Positions 17,138-25,758 of a stretch of DNA of 44,894 nucleotides are shown here, one piece after another. The stretch is taken from IMG/VR virus record IMGVR_UViG_3300037423_001351, positions 1-44,894 of that record, one strand, 5' to 3'. Numbering within the stretch: the first letter of the stretch is position 1; each line of letters begins with the position of its first letter. The notes under the pieces were generated by a model. It was not told where the DNA came from. It ran no database searches and saw only the letters and a program-made list of their open reading frames with translations. Origin of the DNA: a virus (lineage: Duplodnaviria > Caudoviricetes). The translations under genes and the position numbers were made by a program.

Positions 17138-17757
17138 CAGAACGACCCCCACAAGCCTTCGAGCGCAACCTCGGCGGCGACCACCGCCTGCTGATGGTGC
17201 ATTGCCTCGATCACCATCTCGGCGCTCTTGGGCGCGTCAGACGCACGGCATCGAGCGATGCACCAATCGATCGCGGGCTGGCTCTCCCAGGCTTTGCCCT
17301 GAAACTCCGGTGACTGGACGCCCGCGAGCTCCAGCACGAAACCTTCGCCGCGTCCGAACAGCTTGAACAGCTGGTCGCGGCAGATGAGGAGGCGCCGGCT
17401 ATTCGGCGGCGTGAGCTCCCTGGGCAGAAAGGTCAGCTTCTCCTCGCCCCTCGATGGGAGCCACATCTTCTGTGCAATCTCGCGCAGGCAGGGGCCGCGG
17501 AGCGTGAGCGCTTCCCAACCTTCAGGCTTGAAGCACTGACCGGCGCGACCCAGGTTCTTGTAGAGCTGCCACTCACCGCCCTTCTGTATCGCCCGCGCGA
17601 AGTTGCCGTCGCGGTTGATGATTACGAAGTCGGCGTCTTCCGCACCGCAGGTGTCCCACCAGAAGATGTGAGCGTCGGCGAGCAACGATTCCGTCTGCGC
17701 CGGACAACCGGCGGCGACGTATCGCTGTAGCTTGCTCAAATCGTTGGGGTGCAACAA
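17137..17757 (-). CDS. hypothetical protein ending ...GLWGSF
   Basis: GAGGAG SD, hairpin and 18-bp box upstream. Confidence 0.8.
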   Translation of the reverse strand: MLHPNDLSKLQRYVAAGCPAQTESLLADAHIFWWDTCGAEDADFVIINRDGNFARAIQKGGEWQLYKNLGRAGQCFKPEGWEALTLRGPCLREIAQKMWLPSRGEEKLTFLPRELTPPNSRRLLICRDQLFKLFGRGEGFVLELAGVQSPEFQGKAWESQPAIDWCIARCRASDAPKSAEMVIEAMHHQQAVVAAEVALEGLWGSF

Positions 17758-17980
17758 TTCAAATTCTCCTCACGCAGCACCGCGCTGCATCTGTGTCACA
17801 TAGCATGCACATGAACGGGTGCAAGTGGGTATTTTATGCGCTTCACCGCATACCGCTGATTTATGCGTTCTAGCGTATCAACCGAACATCGACGGGAAGC
17901 GCGCTAGAATGCGCTGTGAGCGCGTCGGGAGCGGTCTAGGTCTCTCGGTAGCGCAGCGCTCTAGCGCTCGCTGGTGAGCG

Positions 17981-18289
17981 TCAAAGACGGGAACCATAGT
18001 AGTCTGACCACATCGCGTCCCAATTATCATGGTGCTCCTTCGCGCAGTCACGGCACAAGGCAACGCGGCGGTTCGGATCCTCTGGACCATCGTCAATAGT
18101 GCCATGTGTGTAACAGGTGCGAGAGTCTTCAAGCTCCACCATGTCAGTCGTGCCGCAGTTTTCGCACCGCTCTATGCGCCTGGAGTATTCTTCGGCCTCG
18201 GCGAATTCACCGAGCAACTGGTCGATGTCGCCCTCGGACAGCGGTTCGCACAGATCGTTGTGGGTCGCGCTAAGGACGTTGAGCATCAC
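17981..18289 (-). CDS. zinc-binding hypothetical protein (CENC...CRDC)
   Basis: GTGA overlap. Confidence 0.75.
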   Translation of the reverse strand: MMLNVLSATHNDLCEPLSEGDIDQLLGEFAEAEEYSRRIERCENCGTTDMVELEDSRTCYTHGTIDDGPEDPNRRVALCRDCAKEHHDNWDAMWSDYYGSRL

Positions 18290-18546
18290 TCTTCGTCGTC
18301 TTCCTTCGGAAGCTGAACCGGCACTTCCTGGTCGTTCATCACGACAGGGTTGGGCTCATAGTCGTCAGGCAGAGCGACGAAGGCGAGAATGCGGTAGCAA
18401 TCCTCGGCGATGTCCTCTTCGATCACGCCATGCGGATACTTGCACTCCGCATCCACGATGATCTTAGCGGCCGGTTTCGCGTCGAACTGTGGCCGACCCT
18501 CACTCGTTTCGTAGAGGACCAACCAGCGCTGGGTGAAGATGCCCAT
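18286..18546 (-). CDS. hypothetical protein
   Basis: TGATG coupling. Confidence 0.7.
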   Translation of the reverse strand: MGIFTQRWLVLYETSEGRPQFDAKPAAKIIVDAECKYPHGVIEEDIAEDCYRILAFVALPDDYEPNPVVMNDQEVPVQLPKEDDEE

Positions 18547-18989
18547 CAGGCGTCTGCCTTTTCACGCTTTGCGCGCTCTGCAGCGGCCGTAGCTTTCGCT
18601 GTCTCGAATAGGTCGTTCGCCCACTTGAGCGCCGCCTGTAGGCCGTCCGTGACGCTCTCGGCCACGATGATCTTGTTGTGGTAGTAGCCCCACGAGTAGC
18701 TCATGGATCCGCGCGAGGTCTCGTAGACCGGCGTGTCCACCTTGATGAGCCAGCGCTGCTGACCCATGCCGATCATCTGCTCGAAGAACGCTTCCCAGGC
18801 CGTGCGATCGCCGTCCTTGAGATCCTCAAGCTCGTCGTTGGACCAGCGGAACTGGTTCGCGAGCGCTTCGAGCTCCGCGGGAAAGTCGAGCTCCAGCTCG
18901 GAGCGAAGCTCGTCGTGGGCACAGGGGCTTGGAATGAGCCACATGCCGTTGATGCGGCAGTTGGCTTCGAGAAAATCACCGGCGTTCAA
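18546..18989 (-). CDS. hypothetical protein
   Basis: GAGGAGG SD before TTG. Confidence 0.75.
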   Translation of the reverse strand: MNAGDFLEANCRINGMWLIPSPCAHDELRSELELDFPAELEALANQFRWSNDELEDLKDGDRTAWEAFFEQMIGMGQQRWLIKVDTPVYETSRGSMSYSWGYYHNKIIVAESVTDGLQAALKWANDLFETAKATAAAERAKREKADA

Positions 18990-19032
18990 ATCGTCCTCCT
19001 CTTGCTGAAAAGGGACCGCGGACGGTCGCTTT

Positions 19033-19075
19033 TGAGAAAGAGGAGGGGATAGGTGCTTCCATCACCTACCCCCTC
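19033..19075 (-). terminator. probable terminator
   Basis: stem gagggggtaggtg/cacctatcccctc followed by a pyrimidine tract, just after stop 19083. Confidence 0.5.
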
Positions 19076-19082
19076 GACTTCG

Positions 19083-19835
19083 TTAGGCGGCGATCTTCGC
19101 CAGCTCCTGAATGAGCCCGTTGTCCTGAAGGACGAGCTCACGCGGGTTGCTCGCATCGGGAGCGACAGCGCCGACGAGCCGGAACAGGCTGGTCATTTGC
19201 TGCGCCTGGGCACGAGCCGTGCCCTCCTTGAGCCCCGCCGCGAGGAACGCGTCGGTCATGGACTTGCCGCTGATGCGACCGTTCGTCTGAAGCTCCGCGA
19301 CCGCGACCTTCGTGTAGCCGCTGAGCTTCTTGCCGTGAGTGATCGCCGCGATCAGGTTCTCGGCCTTCTCGCGCACCTTCTTGGCGTTGAGAGCCGCAAG
19401 GTTCGCATCGAGGGTCGCCTGGTCGATCTGCGCGACGGCCGTGAACTCCCGCATCGGAGCAGCCGGCGTCTTGGGAGCGCGCTTCGCACCGCTCTTCTTG
19501 CCGGTCGTGGTGCCCGAAGCGTCGATCGCACCCAGGATCTCCTGGTCGGTCGGCGCGTCGACATCCTCCGCGGTGATTTCCGGCTCGACCGTGGTGGCCG
19601 AAGCGCTGTCACCATCGTCGGCGAGCAGTGCGAGGACTTCCTCGTCGACCACCGGCTCGGCGGTCAGCTCACCTTCGGCGTTGTCGTTGGTCTCGGCGGT
19701 CTCAATGACCTCCGTGCCACCGTCACCTTCGCCGCCCGGTGCAACACCGACGACTTCGCCGTCAACGACCGTCAGCTCGGGCGCGCTGCCCGAAGAAGCC
19801 GGTGAAGCCTGACTTTTCTTGTTCCGCTTGCTCAA
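19083..19835 (-). CDS. hypothetical protein, acidic disordered N-half and helical C-domain
   Basis: GAGGAG SD before TTG, hairpin and promoter upstream. Confidence 0.8.
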   Translation of the reverse strand: MSKRNKKSQASPASSGSAPELTVVDGEVVGVAPGGEGDGGTEVIETAETNDNAEGELTAEPVVDEEVLALLADDGDSASATTVEPEITAEDVDAPTDQEILGAIDASGTTTGKKSGAKRAPKTPAAPMREFTAVAQIDQATLDANLAALNAKKVREKAENLIAAITHGKKLSGYTKVAVAELQTNGRISGKSMTDAFLAAGLKEGTARAQAQQMTSLFRLVGAVAPDASNPRELVLQDNGLIQELAKIAA

Positions 19836-20247
19836 TTTCAATCTCCTCGTCATGCGGTGCAGCACCGTGCTGCTCCGATGAGTCGTCAGTAGATGTGTGT
19901 TGCTTAGCATGCAATTGGCTTTCGTCAACATCGTTCGTGGCTTCCGCGCTCTCATTCGCGCGCGAGCTATAAGAAGACTCTCGACGAAGGTGCCGCTCGA
20001 TCTCGATCACGAGGGACTTCATCTGGCCGAGCTTTTCGATCTCTTCGGCGTTGTCGGCATCAGCGATTGCCTGCGCCAAAGTCGCTTCGGTTTCGCGGAT
20101 GATAGCGAGGCGCTCTTCGAGCGATTCGCCCTGGACGTGGATGGATACCAGGGCGCCGTAGATCTCGAACTCGACGGCAGGAACCTTGGCCGCGAGGGCT
20201 TCGTCAATCTCCTGGAACTTGGTCGGGCGGGTAACAGCAATCTTCAT
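19762..20247 (-). CDS. acidic hypothetical protein
   Basis: GAAGGA SD before MKIAVTRP; tail overlaps the next gene's regulatory region. Confidence 0.65.
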   Translation of the reverse strand: MKIAVTRPTKFQEIDEALAAKVPAVEFEIYGALVSIHVQGESLEERLAIIRETEATLAQAIADADNAEEIEKLGQMKSLVIEIERHLRRESSYSSRANESAEATNDVDESQLHAKQHTSTDDSSEQHGAAPHDEEIEIEQAEQEKSGFTGFFGQRARADGR

Positions 20248-20260
20248 GGGTCTGTCCTTC

Positions 20261-20797
20261 TTAGTGGAGGGTATAGAAACCAAGCCTGCGGCCCTCGAAG
20301 AAGCACTTCGCCATGATGCCAACGTCATAGTCGGCGGCGTGCGCTGCGGCGGGGTCGTAGGGAATGTCGAGGGTGACGGCGAGCTCACCCAGGCGGGGAA
20401 GCTTACCGTTGTGGGTTGCCCATCGAGCTTCGACCATCGTGTCGAACTTCTGCGGGAAGGGCACAACGATGCCGACGCGCCGGAACTCCCGATCGTAGAA
20501 CGGGAAGTCGAAGTCGTTGCCGTTGTGCGCGACGACGAGCTGGGCTTCACGGATCTTGTCGGCGACGGCCGGCGCGATCACGTCCCAGGTGGGCTCGGAC
20601 GCGAGCATGTCGAGCGTGATGCCGTGAACCTTCTGCGCCTTCGCGTTGATCTTACGCATCGGATTGCAGCGCCAGGTCACCGTCTCGATGTGCTGCTCCG
20701 TGTCCAGGTCGTAGAGCGAGCAGCACGCCTCGATGATGCGCTCCTCGGGCTCGTTGATGCCGGTGGTCTCGATGTCGGTGAAGTTGACTATGTTCAT
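20261..20797 (-). CDS. DnaQ-like DEDDh 3'-5' exonuclease
   Basis: DIETTG, VAHN..FD, H.A.YDV motifs. Confidence 0.9.
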   Translation of the reverse strand: MNIVNFTDIETTGINEPEERIIEACCSLYDLDTEQHIETVTWRCNPMRKINAKAQKVHGITLDMLASEPTWDVIAPAVADKIREAQLVVAHNGNDFDFPFYDREFRRVGIVVPFPQKFDTMVEARWATHNGKLPRLGELAVTLDIPYDPAAAHAADYDVGIMAKCFFEGRRLGFYTLH

Positions 20798-20895
20798 CCG
20801 TGGATACCGCAGGAATGGAGGAGGAGCAGGAAGACGATGAGGAGGCCAAGGCAGCCTGGGATTGGAACGACAGGCTGCGAGGACTGGTGACTCAT
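20794..20895 (-). CDS. small membrane peptide (33 aa)
   Basis: ATGA overlaps at both ends; CLGLLIVFLLLLHSCG. Confidence 0.45.
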   Translation of the reverse strand: MSHQSSQPVVPIPGCLGLLIVFLLLLHSCGIHG

Positions 20896-21305
20896 CGAAT
20901 ATCTTCTCCGTCTCTGGTTGCGAGTTTGAGGGTGATGCCGTCCGGGTGCATCGCGCTGAACGCGGTGCGTTTTGGGCCTGGCCGGCGGTTCAGTTTGGGG
21001 TAGCGCAGCTGCACCATCAGGTGGCTGATGCGCTTGGTCGTGCCGTCAGCGTGGACGCCGAACACGTCGATCACATCCACCTTGTCGAGCATGGGCTGCT
21101 TGCGCAGGTTCTCTTCCATCACGACTTTGACGGACGCCGCGGTGACCTTGGCGTATTTGCCCTCGGCTGGCGGCGTGTCGTCGTGCAGACTTTCAGGCGT
21201 TGCCGTGCCGCCGCAGTTGAGGTTCGGACAGAAGCTGCCGATGCCGCGCCGGAAGTTCTTCTCGGTGCCGCACACGTCGCAGGTTGGGGTCAGGTGCTGG
21301 CCCAT
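20892..21305 (-). CDS. zinc-ribbon hypothetical protein
   Basis: CDVCG...FCPNLNC; TGATG coupling. Confidence 0.7.
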   Translation of the reverse strand: MGQHLTPTCDVCGTEKNFRRGIGSFCPNLNCGGTATPESLHDDTPPAEGKYAKVTAASVKVVMEENLRKQPMLDKVDVIDVFGVHADGTTKRISHLMVQLRYPKLNRRPGPKRTAFSAMHPDGITLKLATRDGEDIR

Positions 21306-21922
21306 CAGTAGATCTCCGTGGTGCGGGTCGCGAGACGGACCTTGCGAGCCGATGCCGCTTCGCGAATGTGGCCGCGAACGAAGTGGACGCGCGCCTTGAG
21401 GCTCGTAACCTCCCAGGGCATCTCGACCGCAGTGGTCAGCCAATCCGGGTGCTCCAGGAGCAAACCGCGGCAGATCGTGTGGTGGTGGAACTGGTAGGCG
21501 CGGTTGAAGGGCGGCTTGTCCGGCCGAGCCTCGAACTCGATCGCCGGCGGAATGAGGACGAGCAGATCGAACCGCTTGAAGGTCTCGCGAGTAGCCTTCT
21601 CAACGTATTGAACGACCTCTTCGTCGGCGAAGTTTGCTGGTGCGACTGCATCTGCGAGAAGGTATGCAGCAGCGTCGATTGGCGTTCGATCGGCAACGAA
21701 GCAGTCACCGACTTGCCCATCGTAGAGCGCGTCAATGATCTCCATCTGCATCGCGATGCCGGAGGGCGAGAGAAGCCTGTTGTCCGTCGCCATGTTGAAG
21801 CCGTGCTTCGCGACGATCTCGGACGTGCCGGAGAGGATGGGATCGAGCTTGAGCTCTTCGGCTATTGCTTTTGCGAGGGTGGTCTTTCCGGTGCGGTGCG
21901 CACCCACAAATCCGATACGCAA
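21305..21922 (-). CDS. P-loop nucleotide kinase-like protein (AAA_28 type)
   Basis: Walker A GAHRTGKTTL and DRTPID motif. Confidence 0.8.
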   Translation of the reverse strand: MRIGFVGAHRTGKTTLAKAIAEELKLDPILSGTSEIVAKHGFNMATDNRLLSPSGIAMQMEIIDALYDGQVGDCFVADRTPIDAAAYLLADAVAPANFADEEVVQYVEKATRETFKRFDLLVLIPPAIEFEARPDKPPFNRAYQFHHHTICRGLLLEHPDWLTTAVEMPWEVTSLKARVHFVRGHIREAASARKVRLATRTTEIY

Positions 21923-21927
21923 GTGGG

Positions 21928-22215
21928 TCAGCCTTTCTTGGCTACGATGGTTTCGATGGAGCTGGAGGCACTGGCTTCGTGATCGAGCGTGCCGAGCGGC
22001 TGGCGACACCAGTATTCGTATCCGACGCCCCCATCGGGGGTGTTGTCGTTCGACTGGCCGCCGTCGCCGTGCATGAACTCGTTCCAGAGCGTCTGGTGGG
22101 TGCCGGTGAGGACGCGGCGACGGCCGTCGAAGCCGATGAGCAGCACCGTGATAATCGGTTCTGCCGGCTCACCGAGCCTCGACAAGTCGCCATACATGAA
22201 CGTTTGTTCTTGCAT
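21928..22215 (-). CDS. hypothetical protein
   Basis: ORF directly behind an 18-bp box. Confidence 0.65.
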   Translation of the reverse strand: MQEQTFMYGDLSRLGEPAEPIITVLLIGFDGRRRVLTGTHQTLWNEFMHGDGGQSNDNTPDGGVGYEYWCRQPLGTLDHEASASSSIETIVAKKG

Positions 22216-22227
22216 GTGTGTGAACAC

Positions 22228-22845
22228 CTATGCAGCGAGGGCAGAAAGAAGGCCGGCCTCGTGCTGACGGCTGACCTCCGCGGAGAGAAGGGGTTCCGGC
22301 GCTACCCAGCCTTCCGGCTTTTGCACCTTGCCGAGGTCGTTCTTCACGACCGTCAGAACGCCGTCGATGTTGTGGAGCTTGCTCATGTTGGCGTGCTGCA
22401 CGATGTCCATTAGCGACTGCGGGAGGACGCCGATCTCAACCAGGGTGCCGAGCGCAAAGTAGATCAGGTCGAGCATGGCGTCGCACTGGTCAACGATGGT
22501 CTGCTTCTCCACGTCCAGGAACTCTTCGAGCTCCTCACGCATCCACTTGGCGCGGATACAGGCGCGGGTGTAATCCATCAGCTTCGGATGGTCGGCGATC
22601 GGGTGGTCGAACGCCTGGTGAAACTCGCGCACCTGCAGGAAGGCGTAGTCGAGCCCACGGATCAGGGACGGAGGGATGGTGGGGGTGGCGTTTTCGCCAC
22701 CCCCGTTCACTGCGCCCGCGTCCCTGCCGGCGTCCACTTGGGCGAGAAACGGATCGCCCAGTGTCTCGGTAAAGTAGGGCTCGCCCCAGCCGTCTTGGCA
22801 GTAGGGGCGGTTGTCCCCGCGAATTTGTTCGACGATGTTTCCCAT
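22228..22845 (-). CDS. MazG-like / PRA-PH family NTP pyrophosphohydrolase
   Basis: VREFH..F, EELEEF, DAMLDLIYFALG, V..ANMSK, GKV.KPEGW..PE. Confidence 0.85.
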   Translation of the reverse strand: MGNIVEQIRGDNRPYCQDGWGEPYFTETLGDPFLAQVDAGRDAGAVNGGGENATPTIPPSLIRGLDYAFLQVREFHQAFDHPIADHPKLMDYTRACIRAKWMREELEEFLDVEKQTIVDQCDAMLDLIYFALGTLVEIGVLPQSLMDIVQHANMSKLHNIDGVLTVVKNDLGKVQKPEGWVAPEPLLSAEVSRQHEAGLLSALAA

Positions 22846-23798
22846 TAGAGCCTCTCGTTGGTTTCGGAGCGCAGCGCCTCGATGTTGTCGGCACCGATGT
22901 AGAGCTGCACGTCACGGAAGAAGTTGGGGGCGTAGTCGCGCGCGTTGTCGAGCAGCGCGATCACGAAGCGCCTGATCTCCAGGTCGGCCGGTTCACCGCC
23001 GCGGAGGAGGAGAACGTGATAAATCTGGCGCAGGTTGACCGTGAACACGAGGCGTGTCTCGGTCGCATTGGGAAGCACCGAGCGGGCAGCTTCATTCGCT
23101 CGCTTCTGTGCGGCCGTCGCGACCTTGATGTTACCGGCGATCGCAGCCGCGTGGGCCTCGTCGCAAAGCTCTTTCAGGATCGGTTGGATCTCGATGTAGT
23201 CGTCGAGCGAATTGGAACAGCTGCGGGTGAAGATTTCCGCCGCTTTCGCTGTGCGTCCTGAGAGCTTGAGCGAATTGAGCGGGTGGATTGGCAGTGCGCC
23301 GATCTCGCTCTTGATCGCATTCACGATCAGGGGCGGGACGACGAAGCGAATATCCTTCGCATCAACGTAGCGCTGGCTCTCCTGGCTGTAAGCAGTGCCG
23401 ACGCGGTGGCGGATGAGTTCGTGGGTCAGCGACCTGGAAACGCCGGTGACCTGGAAGACGATGCTCGCATGCTCGAACACCGAGCCGTGACCCATCGCTT
23501 GCACGTTCGCGATATATGACGCGTTGTCGCGCCCCTTGTCCCAGCTGCGGTAGCATTGCCGGCCGGCAAACTCCGCGATGTCATCACCGTTGCCGCCGCG
23601 ACCGTTGCCGGGCTCGAAGCGGCCTTGCTCGTCGCCCATGACGCGAGCAAGCAGATTATTGAGTGGGGTTCCTTCCTTCTCAGCGGCGTCGGTGACACCG
23701 GATAGCTCGACTGCTTCTTCAAGCCCTGCATTGATGAAAGTGGTGTTGCCGATCATGGCAACGCCTGGCGCGAAAACCAAACGCTCGAATGCCAACAT
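22845..23798 (-). CDS. thyX: FAD-dependent thymidylate synthase
   Basis: GH.SVFEH, RHRVGTAYSQESQRY (RHRx7SxR), ARSVLPN, EIR motifs. Confidence 0.95.
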   Translation of the reverse strand: MLAFERLVFAPGVAMIGNTTFINAGLEEAVELSGVTDAAEKEGTPLNNLLARVMGDEQGRFEPGNGRGGNGDDIAEFAGRQCYRSWDKGRDNASYIANVQAMGHGSVFEHASIVFQVTGVSRSLTHELIRHRVGTAYSQESQRYVDAKDIRFVVPPLIVNAIKSEIGALPIHPLNSLKLSGRTAKAAEIFTRSCSNSLDDYIEIQPILKELCDEAHAAAIAGNIKVATAAQKRANEAARSVLPNATETRLVFTVNLRQIYHVLLLRGGEPADLEIRRFVIALLDNARDYAPNFFRDVQLYIGADNIEALRSETNERL

Positions 23799-23950
23799 AA
23801 GACTCGGATGCCCTCCCGTAGAGTGGTGCGTCGCGACTCGCGTGTGTGTCGTTCTGCATGCGAGTCGCTTAAGTTCTTGTGTCAGTTACTGCAATACGGT
23901 TTTTATGGTTAATGACACAAAAACGACGAACCGTTGAAATGAAGTTGGGC

Positions 23951-24907
23951 TTAGAAGGCTTCGGACCAGTCGCCTTGGGTGGCCGCCTTCGAGTATTCGG
24001 TGCCTTGCGCCTCGAAGAAATTGGCATGCTCGATGCCAACCTGCATGCCGTCGATCCACGGCAGCGGGTTGTCGGGGATCCGATAGATCGGGGTCTGTCC
24101 GAGCTGGCGCAGCCGAATGTCGGCGATGTAGCGAATGTAGCGCTTGACCTCCGCGGCGGTCAGACCAGGCACGTCACCGGCCTGGAACGCCAGGTCGATG
24201 AAGGCGTCCTCGTTCGCCACGGCTTCCTGGGCGATCTCCGGGATGCGCCGCGCGAGGAGCTCGCGATCGATGCCGTCCGTCTCCGCGAGGTATGCGTGGA
24301 ACAGACGAGCGATGCCTTCGCAGTGCAGGCTCTCGTCGCGCACGGACCAGGAGATGATCTGCCCCATGCCCTTCATGAGGTTCTGTCGGGGGTAGTTCAG
24401 GAGCATCGCGAAGCTGGCGAACAGCGCGAGCCCTTCACCGAAGCCGCTGACCCCTGCGAGCGATAGTGCGACCTCGCTTGGGTTGGTCGGGTTGAAGCTG
24501 TGCATCCACTCGTGCTTCTTCCGCATCGCCTCGTATTCGAGGAAGGCGTGATACTCAGACTCAGGGAAACCGAGCGTGTCGAGCAGGTGCGAGTAGGCGG
24601 CGATATGCACGGTTTCCATGTTCTGGAACGCCGTGAGCATCATCAAGACCTCGGTCGGCTTGAAGATTCTGGCATAGATCGAGTGATAGCTGTTCAGCAC
24701 GTCCACATCCGCCTGCACGAACATGCGGAAAATGTTCACGAGCTGGCTGCGCTGGTGGGGCGTCAGCTTACCGTTAAAATCCGACACGTCGCTGCCCATT
24801 GGCACTTCGGTCGGGAGCCAATGAACCTGCTGCTGCGTGTGCCAGAACTTGTAGGCCCAGGGGTAGCGGTGAGGCTTGTAGACTTTCGAGGCGACGGTGA
24901 GGCTCAT
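23951..24907 (-). CDS. nrdB: ribonucleotide reductase class I beta subunit
   Basis: HWLP.EV, ETVHIAAY (radical Tyr), EG..LF.SF, DESLH, NFFE. Confidence 0.95.
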   Translation of the reverse strand: MSLTVASKVYKPHRYPWAYKFWHTQQQVHWLPTEVPMGSDVSDFNGKLTPHQRSQLVNIFRMFVQADVDVLNSYHSIYARIFKPTEVLMMLTAFQNMETVHIAAYSHLLDTLGFPESEYHAFLEYEAMRKKHEWMHSFNPTNPSEVALSLAGVSGFGEGLALFASFAMLLNYPRQNLMKGMGQIISWSVRDESLHCEGIARLFHAYLAETDGIDRELLARRIPEIAQEAVANEDAFIDLAFQAGDVPGLTAAEVKRYIRYIADIRLRQLGQTPIYRIPDNPLPWIDGMQVGIEHANFFEAQGTEYSKAATQGDWSEAF

Positions 24908-25179
24908 CGATCGGTCCTCTCGGTGCGCAGTGACATTTGAATCGCCGGAACAACGCGGCTCATGCCACGCATTGCTTCGCGCCACAGGCACCAGAACTCG
25001 CCGATGGGCATGCGCATCGAGGCGGTGTTGCCGTTGATAAGATGATTGCCCTCGCCACCAATGAACGGCGGCTCGCGAAGCGTGATGACCGCCTCATCCG
25101 TCTCTTCATCATAGGAGAAATTGACGTATGGCGGGAACGAGCCCTCCGGCGCGGTGTAAGCTGCGAGTTCCTTCTTCAT
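24904..25179 (-). CDS. hypothetical protein
   Basis: ATGA overlap. Confidence 0.7.
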   Translation of the reverse strand: MKKELAAYTAPEGSFPPYVNFSYDEETDEAVITLREPPFIGGEGNHLINGNTASMRMPIGEFWCLWREAMRGMSRVVPAIQMSLRTERTDR

Positions 25180-25466
25180 TGGGCGAACATCTTCCAAATG
25201 GGGTTGCGCTCGACGATGCCGTTCTGCTCCTGACAGGCGACACCCATCGCCGTGATCTTGCGCATTATGTCGAGGCACTGGTGAGTGGCCTCCGGTCCCC
25301 AGGTGCGCGAGGCGATGTGCTGAGCCTCATTGAGGTAGTCCTGCATATAGAGCAGCCACTCTGCGACCGTGTGGACGCCGCCGGTCTCGCTCGTCGGTGA
25401 CTTGCTGTCCTGGTAGTCGCGCTCGCCGTCGATCGCGGCGTAAACTTCGTCTCGGGTGGCTCTCAC
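25176..25466 (-). CDS. helical hypothetical protein, possibly MazG-like fold
   Basis: AIDGERDYQD...EWLLYM..YL..A...RKITAMGVAC.EQ.G; GGAG SD. Confidence 0.65.
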   Translation of the reverse strand: MRATRDEVYAAIDGERDYQDSKSPTSETGGVHTVAEWLLYMQDYLNEAQHIASRTWGPEATHQCLDIMRKITAMGVACQEQNGIVERNPIWKMFAQ

Positions 25467-25467
25467 G

Positions 25468-25758
25468 TTAATACTCCATGCTTTCGAGGGCTTTGCGCAC
25501 GAGCGTCCAAATGGGCGCCGTCTTGCGCGGATGATTGGTGATGCCGCCGGTGCGGTTCGGCTTCGCATGCCGAATGAGCGCCCAGGCGGGCGGTGGTTGC
25601 AGGTATCGAGCGAAGCGTTTCCACTTGCCCTTGGAGTAAGCACGAGCGCGGTAGTCGCCGCGGGCGTCGGTGCCACCCACGTTGTCGATGCAGACGGTGC
25701 CAAGGTCGGTGACCTTGCCGGTGACTGCGCTCCAGAGTTCGACGCGCACCACGATCAT
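25468..25758 (-). CDS. hypothetical protein
   Basis: ATGA overlap; MIVVRVELWSA..G...LG...I.N.GG...RGDY. Confidence 0.7.
   Translation of the reverse strand: MIVVRVELWSAVTGKVTDLGTVCIDNVGGTDARGDYRARAYSKGKWKRFARYLQPPPAWALIRHAKPNRTGGITNHPRKTAPIWTLVRKALESMEY

Larger units (their letters stand above)
17..19873 (-). promoter_or_regulatory. dispersed RBS-proximal hairpin family (11 copies)
   Basis: 17-34, 665-681, 1464-1480, 3381-3396, 4996-5011, 6379-6394, 8347-8363, 9381-9395, 11910-11924, 17774-17788, 19859-19873; each has stem-CACCG(C)-stem on + and lies just 5' of an SD on -. Confidence 0.85.
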
